Positions 15,181 through 23,335 of a stretch of DNA of 32,000 bases are shown here, in pieces. This DNA comes from Nitrosopumilus sp. (GTDB lineage: Archaea; Thermoproteota; Nitrososphaeria; Nitrososphaerales; Nitrosopumilaceae). The stretch lies in the NCBI GenBank assembly GCA_965205215.1, contig OZ242041.1:1527664-1559663 (forward strand), in the 5' to 3' direction. The notes beneath the pieces are model-generated. The model had not been told where the DNA came from. It made no database searches and saw only the letters and a program-made list of their open reading frames with translations. Numbering within the stretch: position 1 is the first letter of the stretch; every line of letters begins with the position of its first letter. A program made the position numbers and the translations under genes.

Positions 15181-15617
15181 CACAGACAGTCCCCCGACAC
15201 CCCTACCTATTTGGGTTGTTATCGCAGCAGGGCGCGGACGGAGCCGCTTTTCGAGGGGCGCTTGGCGCAGCCCTTCGAAGCTTTCCAGACAGGCAGGCCG
15301 CGGCACGCCGCGAGGCACTGACGGCAGTCACGTATCCGTCCCCTCTCGCCCAGCACGCGTCGCGGGCAGAACCCCTTCCCTCCCCCGAGCCAAAGACAGG
15401 AGTTATGCCGGCGGGGGGAGAGGGGCGCCAGACTTGCCAAAACCCACTTAAATGTACATAATGAAGAGCGCAGGACGCAAAAACGGGCTGCGTCCCCGCG
15501 ATCAAAATGATTAAATACTCTAGTTAGATCGCAAAAGCATATCGGGGGATCGGAGCTCCCCCATGAGAGAGACATCTCTACTCCGGTTCCTTGATTAATA
15601 CAACCTACAAGACGGTT

Positions 15618-16487
15618 TTACCCGTCGATGGCGCCCGCCAGCTCCCCGAGCCGGGATACGAGAGCCTCCCGTGCATCCTTTGTGACGGTGTCGGGGTCAA
15701 AGCGGCCGTCCCTTGGAGCCTTAGCGGCGGGATCTGCTGCCACCTCCGCGATCTTCTCGACATCGGTGGTATAGAGAAAGCCGTCCTCCCCCGTGACCAG
15801 CCGCGCGTCGTCTATCATCAGGGCAGTGGTGCTGTACACCTCGATCAGGAGCGAGTCGAGCTCCGCAAACAGCGCGTCGCGCCTGTCGGCATGCACTGCG
15901 AGCCCCGCGTCGTCGACCGTTTTTTTTATTTCGGCCTCGATGCTTCCGGCAAGTGACTCGTCGCGGTACAGGGTCTCGAAGAGCTCCGCAGGGTCGGGTT
16001 CCGCGCACCCCGCGGCTTTCAGCCGCTCCGCGGCTATCTTGTCGCCCGCGTCCGCGATCGACTCCCTGTCGCTTCTGGCAGACTCGTCGATCCTCCCAAG
16101 CTCCCTCTGGATCTGCTCGACCCTGGCGTCCGGCTTGTAGTAGAGCAGCGCCTTGTACTGGACTGACAGGTGCACGGACAGCGCGTACCCGGACGCCTCG
16201 GACTCGAGCTTGGTGAATATGCGGCGAACGTCATCGTCGCGCGTCTCGGTCACCTCGCGCGCGTGCCAGGACGGGCCCAGGCGCGCGATTACCTTCTGCA
16301 TGTACGCCTTGATGCCGCCCGCATCAAACGTGGTCTGGTCAGTGACCGTGGTGTCGCCCAGCATCACCTTTATCGGCGTCTCGGCCACCAGTGCGGTCAT
16401 CTGCTTCAGGTACGCCTCCCTTATCCGAGCGTCGGCGGGCAGGAGTGCGCGCGCAAGCTCGGATTCGGGCATCGACGCGATTCTCAT
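15618..16487 (-). CDS. hypothetical protein (289 aa, acidic, helix-rich)
   Basis: The ATG at 16487 has ctttaaag 23-30 nt upstream. Codon use resembles neighbouring genes. No family recognised. Confidence 0.6.
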   Translation of the reverse strand: MRIASMPESELARALLPADARIREAYLKQMTALVAETPIKVMLGDTTVTDQTTFDAGGIKAYMQKVIARLGPSWHAREVTETRDDDVRRIFTKLESEASGYALSVHLSVQYKALLYYKPDARVEQIQRELGRIDESARSDRESIADAGDKIAAERLKAAGCAEPDPAELFETLYRDESLAGSIEAEIKKTVDDAGLAVHADRRDALFAELDSLLIEVYSTTALMIDDARLVTGEDGFLYTTDVEKIAEVAADPAAKAPRDGRFDPDTVTKDAREALVSRLGELAGAIDG

Positions 16488-16509
16488 TGCAAGGCGTCCG
16501 TTATCGGCG

Positions 16510-16517
16510 CTTTAAAG
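16510..16517 (-). promoter_or_regulatory. TATA-like box
   Basis: Sequence ctttaaag (palindromic), 23-30 nt upstream of the ATG at 16487. Confidence 0.5.
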
Positions 16518-16622
16518 CCTGTATGATCGGGGCGGGCCCGGGAGATCCGCATGGGTATGACTGGGAGGGGCAGGAAAGCCGGGCAGTCCTGCAGCCGATC
16601 GCAGCACAGGCCAGGCCGCCGG

Positions 16623-16659
16623 CCCCGTGCACGGGGATCCCCGCAGGCAGACGTCTGCC
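16623..16659. terminator. cluster of perfect palindromes (possible hairpin terminator/insulator)
   Basis: CCCCGTGCACGGGG (16623-16636), GGGGATCCCC (16633-16642) and GGCAGACGTCTGCC (16646-16659), lying 42-78 nt downstream of the stop at 16701. Confidence 0.35.
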
Positions 16660-16700
16660 GGGCCAGGCCGCATGCGTACGGAGGCGGGCGCGCCGCGCTG

Positions 16701-17609
16701 TCAGTCCGCACAGTCAATCCTGCACTGGTCCCCGTCGGCCTCGTCCCTCAGGCGCCTTGCCATCAGGTATGGCGTGGCCAGCAGTACCGGTATGCACACG
16801 GCTATCAGGAGGGTCTGCACCTGCACGAGCGCCGCGGACGCCGCGATGCCGCCTGCTGTGCCCACGAACAGGGACAGGAACGTGCCCGCGCACGTCGGGC
16901 ACGCGACGAACAGGCCGGTGGCGGCCCCGACGGTCCCAAGCCCGCGGCGCTTCTTTGATACAGAGTACGCCCCCGCCGCAACCGACGCGTTGAGCCCCAC
17001 CAAATACGACACCACGACCTGCAGCACGATGTTGACGGGCACCACCTGCAGCCCCACGGTCTCAGTCATGTACACGATTATCTTTGGCATGTAACCCGGC
17101 GCGTCGCAGCACGGCGAGACGAATCCGGACGGTATCTCGGCGCCATAATGCGTGGCAAAGTTGATGCCCGGCTGGTACACCAGGGTGCCAGATGCTAGGG
17201 AGAAGAACAGTCCGTATCCGACAAAGACCGCTGCAAATATCCTCCGGGACCTCTTGTTCCACGTGTGTATTGCAATGACGGAGCCCAGATCACGCACCCC
17301 TGCGCGCCACTCCTCCACCTTGGACGCGTGGTAACGGTACAGCCCGTACGCGACTGCCCCCAGCGAGGCCAGCAGGGCAACGTAGAACCCGTACGCAAGC
17401 CTCTGCACCACGTGTATTGCGTCAGGCGTAAGGCTGGCAGGATCCTGGTACCTGCCGTATATGAGAAACAGGGCGGCCATCATCACAAAGCCGGCCGCGA
17501 CCAGGCGCGTTCCGCCGGCCGCGCGGCGGCGGTGCCCGCCACCGTCTCCCATGCGCACGTCCTCTGTCTCTTCCATGGACGGAGGGGGCGCATCTCGATT
17601 AAATTCCAT
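16701..17609 (-). CDS. multi-pass membrane protein with 'SPCCDAPGY' and 'ACPTCAG' cysteine motifs
   Basis: At least 6 hydrophobic segments. The ATG at 17609 has a TATA box (ctaaaaatac) 22-31 nt upstream. The CC and CPxC motifs lie in or near TM segments. Family not recognised. Confidence 0.7.
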   Translation of the reverse strand: MEFNRDAPPPSMEETEDVRMGDGGGHRRRAAGGTRLVAAGFVMMAALFLIYGRYQDPASLTPDAIHVVQRLAYGFYVALLASLGAVAYGLYRYHASKVEEWRAGVRDLGSVIAIHTWNKRSRRIFAAVFVGYGLFFSLASGTLVYQPGINFATHYGAEIPSGFVSPCCDAPGYMPKIIVYMTETVGLQVVPVNIVLQVVVSYLVGLNASVAAGAYSVSKKRRGLGTVGAATGLFVACPTCAGTFLSLFVGTAGGIAASAALVQVQTLLIAVCIPVLLATPYLMARRLRDEADGDQCRIDCAD

Positions 17610-17630
17610 GCGTTCTACATGGATATTGTG

Positions 17631-17640
17631 GTATTTTTAG
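17631..17640 (-). promoter_or_regulatory. TATA-like box
   Basis: Minus strand reads ctaaaaatac. Confidence 0.5.
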
Positions 17641-17891
17641 GATTCTGGGCAGGGCGGCGGGCGCAAGGCGGGCGGCCCATTGATGCTGACGGGCCGCAGC
17701 CACCTTAAAAACACCATGCAGTCTGCCGGGCATGGGCAACGCGTGCGAAAGGTGCTACGGGGACGACTGGAGGCTCACGATCCTGCGTGCGCGCCAGGCG
17801 GCCAGCACCAGTCGTGAGTGCAGTGCGGCGGGTGCGGGCATATTACGAACCAACGGACGCATCTGCGCAATGACATGCATTGTGATGCCCA

Positions 17892-17905
17892 CAGCAGCAA
17901 CAGCA
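17892..17905. repeat. short intergenic (CAG/CAA)n tract
   Basis: Sequence cagcagcaacagca. Confidence 0.6.
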
Positions 17906-18037
17906 CGCGGCGAGCATTGTAATCGTGAAGACTATTGGCTTCAGGCCGGGGTTGGTCCACATTTACAACAGTGCCAAATCACAAGTATGTTTAAATATTA
18001 TTACCTTCCCGATTAAAGCAAATGGTGATTTTCTTTA

Positions 18038-19243
18038 ATGTCAGCTAGAATCATTAAAGATAGGTATAACGAACCATCGTGGAACAACATAGGCCAGTTC
18101 ACCAAGCCCAACGGCAGATTCGAGGCCAACTCGGATGGTCAGTCGACGTTTGTCCCCCGTGAACTACCACCCGCAGTACGCTATGACCGCGAACTCATTG
18201 CGTTGCTTGTAAAAGCCGAACGAAAAGTTGGAGAGCTAAAGGGAAAGGGAAGCGAGCTAGAAAATCCACACATCTTGATAAGGGCGTACCTGAAGAAGGA
18301 AGCCGTGCTGAGCTCCAAGATCGAGGGAACCCTGGCATCCCTCAAGGACCTGAACAGGCAGGAGGTTGTCGGCAACGTTAGCAGAAAGGACGCAGACAAT
18401 TTGAGACTGAGAGAGGTCATCAACTACGTGAACGCGTTGGAAAGTTCGCTGAAAGCCATGCGGGAAACAGGACAGCGCACAAACATGGACATTCTGAAAG
18501 CGGCGCACAAGATCCTGATGGATGGCGTCAGGGGTTACGACAAGGAACCCGGGAAGTTTCGCGACCAGCAGAACTGGATTATACGCACGCGGGGAAGAAG
18601 ACGCGAGATTGTCTACACTCCGCCCCCACCAGAAAAAATTTTGGCACTGCTTGAGAATCTCGAGGAGTTTATTCAGACAGATGATGAAAGCCTGTCCGTG
18701 CTGATCCGGTGTGCCGTACTTCACTATCAGTTTGAGGCAATACACCCATTCATTGACGGGAACGGGAGGATCGGGAGGCTGTTGATTCCACTGGTGTTGT
18801 ACGAGAAGAGAATCATGCCCGAACCCTTGTTGTATTTGAGCGCCTATTTTGACAAGCATCGTGAGCGGTATTACAGCAACCTGCTGGCCGTGAGTCAAAA
18901 ATCCAGATGGCCCGAATGGATAAAGTTCTTCCTCATGGCATTTATAGAGCAGGCAGACGAGGCAGTGGAGAATATTCAGAGGCTAATGACGCTGATGAGG
19001 AAGTACAAAGACACCCTTCGCAAAAGGGGCTCCAGTGGCAATGTAATCTTCCTAATGGAATCTCTGTTTTCGAACCCGTACGTTACCATTCCAAAGGCCG
19101 CGCGTCTTCTTGAAGTCACGTACCCGTCTGCAAAGAATGCGGTCATGACGCTGGTGGACGCGGGCATACTGCAACCTACTGACATACTCTACAAGAGCAA
19201 GGTTTTCGTCGCAAGGGAGATCGAAGATGCCCTCAGCGCCTGA
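18038..19243 (+). CDS. fic: Fic/DOC family protein, class II (N-terminal inhibitory helix), with C-terminal wHTH-like region
   Basis: Canonical Fic motif 'HPFIDGNGRIGR' (18743-18778). Inhibitory motif S-x-x-x-E-G, 'SSKIEG' (18311-18328). The gene is visibly lower in GC than its flanks. Confidence 0.9.
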   Translation: MSARIIKDRYNEPSWNNIGQFTKPNGRFEANSDGQSTFVPRELPPAVRYDRELIALLVKAERKVGELKGKGSELENPHILIRAYLKKEAVLSSKIEGTLASLKDLNRQEVVGNVSRKDADNLRLREVINYVNALESSLKAMRETGQRTNMDILKAAHKILMDGVRGYDKEPGKFRDQQNWIIRTRGRRREIVYTPPPPEKILALLENLEEFIQTDDESLSVLIRCAVLHYQFEAIHPFIDGNGRIGRLLIPLVLYEKRIMPEPLLYLSAYFDKHRERYYSNLLAVSQKSRWPEWIKFFLMAFIEQADEAVENIQRLMTLMRKYKDTLRKRGSSGNVIFLMESLFSNPYVTIPKAARLLEVTYPSAKNAVMTLVDAGILQPTDILYKSKVFVAREIEDALSA

Positions 19244-19984
19244 GTCGCAAGGGGCCATGCCCATTGCGTGCAGATGGCGTACCTGCGACCGTGTCGAACC
19301 TGTCAATTTGCCCGCCGGTCAGTTTGGAAAAATCCAGCACGCGGAATGTCTCTCTGAAGATTGTCGGGCTCATCCTACCGCGTCCGAGCTGCTAGGAGCC
19401 GGCGAACGACCAGTACGTCACTGCCAAACGCGGAGTTGCACCATACCATGAACGCCCCCTCATGCCGCTCATCATTCAACGACACGTTCGACCAGCCGCT
19501 GCCGCCAAGCGTCGTTTTGGTGGTGTATGCGGCAGTCAGGCGCTGTGACGTGTAGCGGGCCTGCAGGCTTAGATGTGTCCGAGTTGCCGTGCCCCATACC
19601 CGTCTGACGTGCTTCTCAGCGGCGCGCGGGTTCTTCTCAAGGCCGCAATCCGGGTTCACAGACATGCTGCGCTACGCCTCCGCGTTGTTGTTCCACAGAG
19701 CCGCGTATTTCTGGCCCGACAGCGGTTTCTTGCAGACCGGCGCGCGCGGCTTTGTGGATTCTTTTGAAAACCGGTATTCGGCGATGGCGCGCGCCGAAAC
19801 CAATGTCGGCCAAATCCGCGAGGTTTACCATTGGGATGTTCATGGCATTATAGGCCAGGCTGTATGCGAACTGCAGCAATCTCAGATTCGAGGTGCGCCT
19901 AGCCCACCACATGCCGTCGTCAATCGGGCAGTCCAACACCTGCCTGATTACATCCCTGCCCGTCCTGATCGACGTAGACCCCAT
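19233..19984 (-). pseudogene. frame-broken remnant of a larger gene (family unassigned)
   Basis: Protein-like minus-strand segments continue across three frames plus one in-frame TAG. Frame A (19984 to ~19790): 'MGSTSIRTGRDVIRQVLDCPIDDGMWW...LADLADIGFGA'. Frame B (19800-19375): '...AIAEYRFSKESTKPRAPVCKKPLSGQKYAALWNNNAEA*RSMSVNPDCGLEKNPRAAEKH...GAFMVWCNSAFGSDVL'. Frame C (19373-19233): 'MSPTIFRETFRVLDFSKLTGGQIDRFDTV'. There is no room for an N-terminus before trkH. Confidence 0.35.
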
Positions 19985-20077
19985 GCGATTTGCAGCCCCG
20001 GCGCAGTCGGCGGCCAGCGCGCAGGGGGAGGGAGAAGAGCGAGGTTGTGTGTATAGGGGGGACGGTAGAGATGCGTA

Positions 20078-21895
20078 CTACGACGGCCCCAGCCTCGGCA
20101 AAAATATGTAGATTATGGCAATTATCTCGAGGCGCCCAAATATCATGAGAAAGCCGAGCATCATCTTGGTGGCCGGATCCGTCTCAAAGTCTATCACCCC
20201 GGCCGAGAGCCCGCCCGTGGTAATCACCCCGCTGGCCTCAAAGAAGGACTCCGTATACGGTGCCCCCGTAACCGACGCGAGGTGGGCGCCGGCGACAGCC
20301 GCGATTATCGGGAACAGGGCAACGATGATCAGCGTGCTTATCACCTCCTTTTTGACCTCCGGCGCCATGGCCTTGCGGGCAGAGGAGCGCAGAAAGCTCA
20401 CAAGGTTGCGCAGGGCCATGAGCCGGAATATCTTCATGCCGCCCGCGGTGGAGAACCCGCAGCCGCCGGCGAACATCAGCACCACCAGTATCCCGTACGC
20501 GGCCCCGTTGAGCCCCGATATGCTCTCGTGCTGCAGCCCCGCAGTGGTACTGGCCGAGACCGCGTAGAACGTCGCAAGCAGAAAGTCCGTGCCGCTTATC
20601 GCGATGAATATGGCGACGCCGGCGCCGAGTATCACAAAGTATGCCACAACCTCGCGGCCCAGCTTTCGGACGCGGAACCTCTTGCTTACAAAGCTGTAGT
20701 GGAACGTGAACGGGAGCGCCCCCATTATCATTGCTATCATCAGCAGCGTATAGTCGTACCACATCAGGTCGTCAAGGATGGTCGAGGAGGGGAGGAACCC
20801 TCCCGTCGCGAGGGTGCTCATGGACAGCGAAAAGTTGTCAAGCAGGTCGCGCTTGCCCAGCACGAACAGCAGCAGGGCAAGCGTCGAGATGTAGAGCATG
20901 AATATCACGGTGATCGACAGGAAGAGCTCCTTGAGGTGGAGCGCCCTTCCGGTGATAAAGCCGCGCATGGACTTTAGGTGGGCCTCCGAGTAGAACGCGG
21001 TAATTACGAGGTATATGAAACTCATGCCGCCCACGAGCTGCGTGTAGCTCCGGAAGAAGGTAAAGCTGTGTCCCAGGTCCTCCGGCGTGTCAAACAGCGA
21101 CAGGCCGCCTGTGGTAAAGCCCGCGGCGCTCGAGAAGAAAGAGTTTGCAAAGACCTCATCGAAGGGCATGTCCTCGGGCATGACGTAAAAGTACGGGATT
21201 GAGCCGAACAGGGACATGAGAAACAGGCTTGCAAAGACCAGTATCGACGCCTGCCGCATGTTGAGCCCGGCCTTTTCGCCGTAGGAGTTGAGGGCAAAGC
21301 CCGTTGCCAGGAGCAGTACCGTGCTGAGGTAGATGCCGGTGGCAGTCGTGGTGTCCTCAAGTATGGTGGCCACGATCGCGGGCACGAACAGCAGCACGCC
21401 TGCAAACTGGAGCACGAACCCCAGGTTTCCGAGCACCGCCCTGACAGGCGGGCTTAGCAGGCGCGGGGGGCTGCCGACGGCCTCCTTTATCGCGGTAGAT
21501 ATCGAGGTCTGCCGTATCACCCCGACCACGGCGTTGTTGGATATTACCGGAAGCTTGTGGACGCCCTCGTCCTTCATCTGGACGGCGGCGTCTGCAAGCG
21601 TGGCCCTCTCAGTGGTGGTGATCAGGGGCGAGCTCATTATCTGGTCAAGACGGGTCTTCTCCACGTTCACCTCCGGGTTGCTGACGGTCTCAAGTATGTC
21701 CACGTCCGTTACTATGCCGACCGGGCGCGCGCGGACGTCCGTCACGATGACGGTGTCTGTGTTGTTGTCGCTCATCCTCTGCGCCGCGTTCCGTGTGCTG
21801 TCCCACACGCGCATTATGGTAAAGTCCTTGCGCATGTACTCCCTGACGCGCTTTGCCCGGATGTACTTTAGGGAGCGCTGGTGCTCTGAGGACAT
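20078..21895 (-). CDS. trkH: TrkH/KtrB-family cation (K+) transporter with N-terminal CBS-pair fusion
   Basis: The CBS pair is 'MRKDFTIMRVWDSTRNAAQRMSDNNTDTVIVTD...HKLPVISNNAVVGVIRQ'. Four pore-loop glycine motifs follow: 'FTTGGLS', 'LATGGF', 'STTAGL' and 'ITTGGLS'. The ATG at 21895 has a TATA box 23-33 nt upstream. Confidence 0.9.
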   Translation of the reverse strand: MSSEHQRSLKYIRAKRVREYMRKDFTIMRVWDSTRNAAQRMSDNNTDTVIVTDVRARPVGIVTDVDILETVSNPEVNVEKTRLDQIMSSPLITTTERATLADAAVQMKDEGVHKLPVISNNAVVGVIRQTSISTAIKEAVGSPPRLLSPPVRAVLGNLGFVLQFAGVLLFVPAIVATILEDTTTATGIYLSTVLLLATGFALNSYGEKAGLNMRQASILVFASLFLMSLFGSIPYFYVMPEDMPFDEVFANSFFSSAAGFTTGGLSLFDTPEDLGHSFTFFRSYTQLVGGMSFIYLVITAFYSEAHLKSMRGFITGRALHLKELFLSITVIFMLYISTLALLLFVLGKRDLLDNFSLSMSTLATGGFLPSSTILDDLMWYDYTLLMIAMIMGALPFTFHYSFVSKRFRVRKLGREVVAYFVILGAGVAIFIAISGTDFLLATFYAVSASTTAGLQHESISGLNGAAYGILVVLMFAGGCGFSTAGGMKIFRLMALRNLVSFLRSSARKAMAPEVKKEVISTLIIVALFPIIAAVAGAHLASVTGAPYTESFFEASGVITTGGLSAGVIDFETDPATKMMLGFLMIFGRLEIIAIIYIFLPRLGPS

Positions 21896-21918
21896 GTTCA
21901 AACAGCGGCGATTGGCCG

Positions 21919-21928
21919 TTAAATAAAT
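21919..21928 (-). promoter_or_regulatory. TATA-like box for CBS-trkH
   Basis: Minus strand reads atttatttaa. Confidence 0.5.
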
Positions 21929-22006
21929 GCGCATGGCAGGTGCGCAGGCTCGTGGCATGCACTAGGTGTACGTACTAACCGGGGGCGCTGCGCTGCCTCC
22001 TTGTAT

Positions 22007-22015
22007 CTTTATAAG
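22007..22015 (+). promoter_or_regulatory. TATA-like box for the BFN gene
   Basis: Sequence ctttataag, 23-31 nt upstream of the in-frame GTG at 22038. Confidence 0.5.
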
Positions 22016-22037
22016 CACTACAGCACCTCGTAGCGTC

Positions 22038-22502
22038 GTGGACATCGCCGAGGAGCAGGAGCCGGACTACCAGTCTACCAGGATCGAGACGGTGGGGTTT
22101 CTTGACCCTTACGGGATGGAGGGGCTGGCAGTCCTGCGCTCTGAAGACGGGAAAGAGTTCCACGTCAGGGCTTTTTCAGGCGAGGTGGCAAAGCACATCG
22201 TGTGCATGTCAGATGCCGACGCGGCTCCGATCCAGATTCCCTCGGTATACAGCATGATATCGGACATATGCGAGGAGAACGAGATCGTGCTGGTAAAGGT
22301 CAAGGTGTACCAGAGCGGCAGCGTCCTGCGCGCAAACCTGTACCTCACGGGCAAGAAGGACATAGTCCTGAAAAACTACCGCGCGTCGGACGCGATAGCC
22401 CTGGCGTCGCTCTACAAGATCCCAATCCTGGTACGGAAAAACCTGCTCAGGGACCAGGACGGCACGGGGGACGGGCAGGGCGCAGGGGCGCAGGGGCGCT
22501 GA
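22038..22502 (+). CDS. bifunctional nuclease (BFN/DUF151) domain protein
   Basis: 'YRASDAIALASLYKIPILVRKNLL' matches the recalled BFN signature (RPSDAIALAlr...PI.V). The ORF is open from a GTG at 21966. Promoter spacing favours the GTG at 22038. It has a G/D/Q-rich tail. Confidence 0.75.
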   Translation: MDIAEEQEPDYQSTRIETVGFLDPYGMEGLAVLRSEDGKEFHVRAFSGEVAKHIVCMSDADAAPIQIPSVYSMISDICEENEIVLVKVKVYQSGSVLRANLYLTGKKDIVLKNYRASDAIALASLYKIPILVRKNLLRDQDGTGDGQGAGAQGR

Positions 22503-22529
22503 TACGGGCAGGTGCGTTCGCGCGCATAG

Positions 22530-22808
22530 TCATTTGCCGAGGCGCTCAAGCTCGGAGACTGCATGTTCGAAGAGCGCGTCGTCGTCCAGCGCCACATACA
22601 GGATGTTATTCTCTTGGCACCCCAATATGTTCTCCTTGTCCTTTGTTACTAGTACCATCTTGTTAGACTCTGCGTGCTTCAGTACGGAAAAATCAGACCG
22701 GAGAGCCATGCCACTGTTTATGAGCTTCTTGACGCTTTGCGCCTCGAACCCCCGCTCGCGGAGCCTCTCGTCCAATCCGTCAGAGTGCTCGTCGACCAAG
22801 ACCTTCAT
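22530..22808 (-). CDS. DUF5615-like (Mut7-C/PIN-like) small protein
   Basis: 'MKVLVDEHSDGLDERLRERGFEAQSV...SDFSVLKHAESNKMVLVTKDKE' matches the recalled DUF5615 pattern (MkfLlDEnl...L...G..v......sD..il..A..e.rvlvTkDkD). TATA box attatatc lies 23-30 nt upstream. Lower GC than the flanks. Confidence 0.65.
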   Translation of the reverse strand: MKVLVDEHSDGLDERLRERGFEAQSVKKLINSGMALRSDFSVLKHAESNKMVLVTKDKENILGCQENNILYVALDDDALFEHAVSELERLGK

Positions 22809-22830
22809 GACGTCTCATGTACCGGTGTTC

Positions 22831-22838
22831 ATTATATC
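22831..22838 (-). promoter_or_regulatory. TATA-like box
   Basis: Minus strand reads gatataat. Confidence 0.5.
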
Positions 22839-22925
22839 GTTTTCTGAGGCGGTCAGAACGGGTGAGAGGCGCCAGAGTAGACGCGTCGTTAGTCCGCGAA
22901 AACGCTCAAAATAGAACGCCTACGA

Positions 22926-23303
22926 TCATATGGTGCTCGTAATCTTTTTCACCTTTTCGACGATCCGGATCTTCTTCTGAATGGGCATGTCGCGCTCAAT
23001 CGTGAAATAGATCGTGTTTCGGCTCGTATACACGACCATCTGGGAGACCTTTTCGCGCTCAACATGCACGTACGTCACCTTGCCAAGCGACCGGTCAAAC
23101 TCCTTTCGCATCTTCCTTCTCTGGGACACTTGCTGGCAGAAGTGTTCCTCTTCCTTTTGTGATTTGAGGCTGGTCTTTCCCGTCTTCATTATGGCCTCCC
23201 GTATCTTTCCCTGTAGGTTGATTATGGCCGCAAATCTCATCTTGGGATCAAGATCCAGAATTTTCTGTACGACGTCAATAAGATCGACCGTGGCAGATGC
23301 CAT
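22926..23303 (-). CDS. hypothetical protein (125 aa, Lys-rich, low GC)
   Basis: The ATG at 23303 has gcttatatgt 23-32 nt upstream. The N-terminal 'MRFAAIINLQGKIREAI' is vaguely Roadblock/LC7-like. Family not assigned. Confidence 0.65.
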   Translation of the reverse strand: MASATVDLIDVVQKILDLDPKMRFAAIINLQGKIREAIMKTGKTSLKSQKEEEHFCQQVSQRRKMRKEFDRSLGKVTYVHVEREKVSQMVVYTSRNTIYFTIERDMPIQKKIRIVEKVKKITSTI

Positions 23304-23325
23304 TAGCAGAGAAAAAATCTGAGGG

Positions 23326-23335
23326 ACATATAAGC
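23326..23335 (-). promoter_or_regulatory. TATA-like box
   Basis: Minus strand reads gcttatatgt. Confidence 0.5.

Noticed and set aside
15181-15617. 437-bp spacer searched for a tRNA or small RNA (hairpins ggacgca-N9-tgcgtcc and ggggga-N7-tccccc)
   Set aside because: No tRNA cloverleaf or T-loop (GTTCRANYC) motif is present. Isolated short hairpins are insufficient evidence.
17674-17695. Hairpin ggccc-attgatgctgac-gggcc containing UGAUG/CUGA (C/D-box-like), plus other C/D-like fragments at 15463-15530 and 23925-23975
   Set aside because: No complete C-D'-C'-D arrangement with ~12-nt guide spacing could be found on either strand. The box matches are partial.
17610-18037. Search for island boundaries around fic (integrase, tRNA target or flanking direct repeats)
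   Set aside because: None found by eye. The left and right flanks share no obvious repeat of 10 bp or more.
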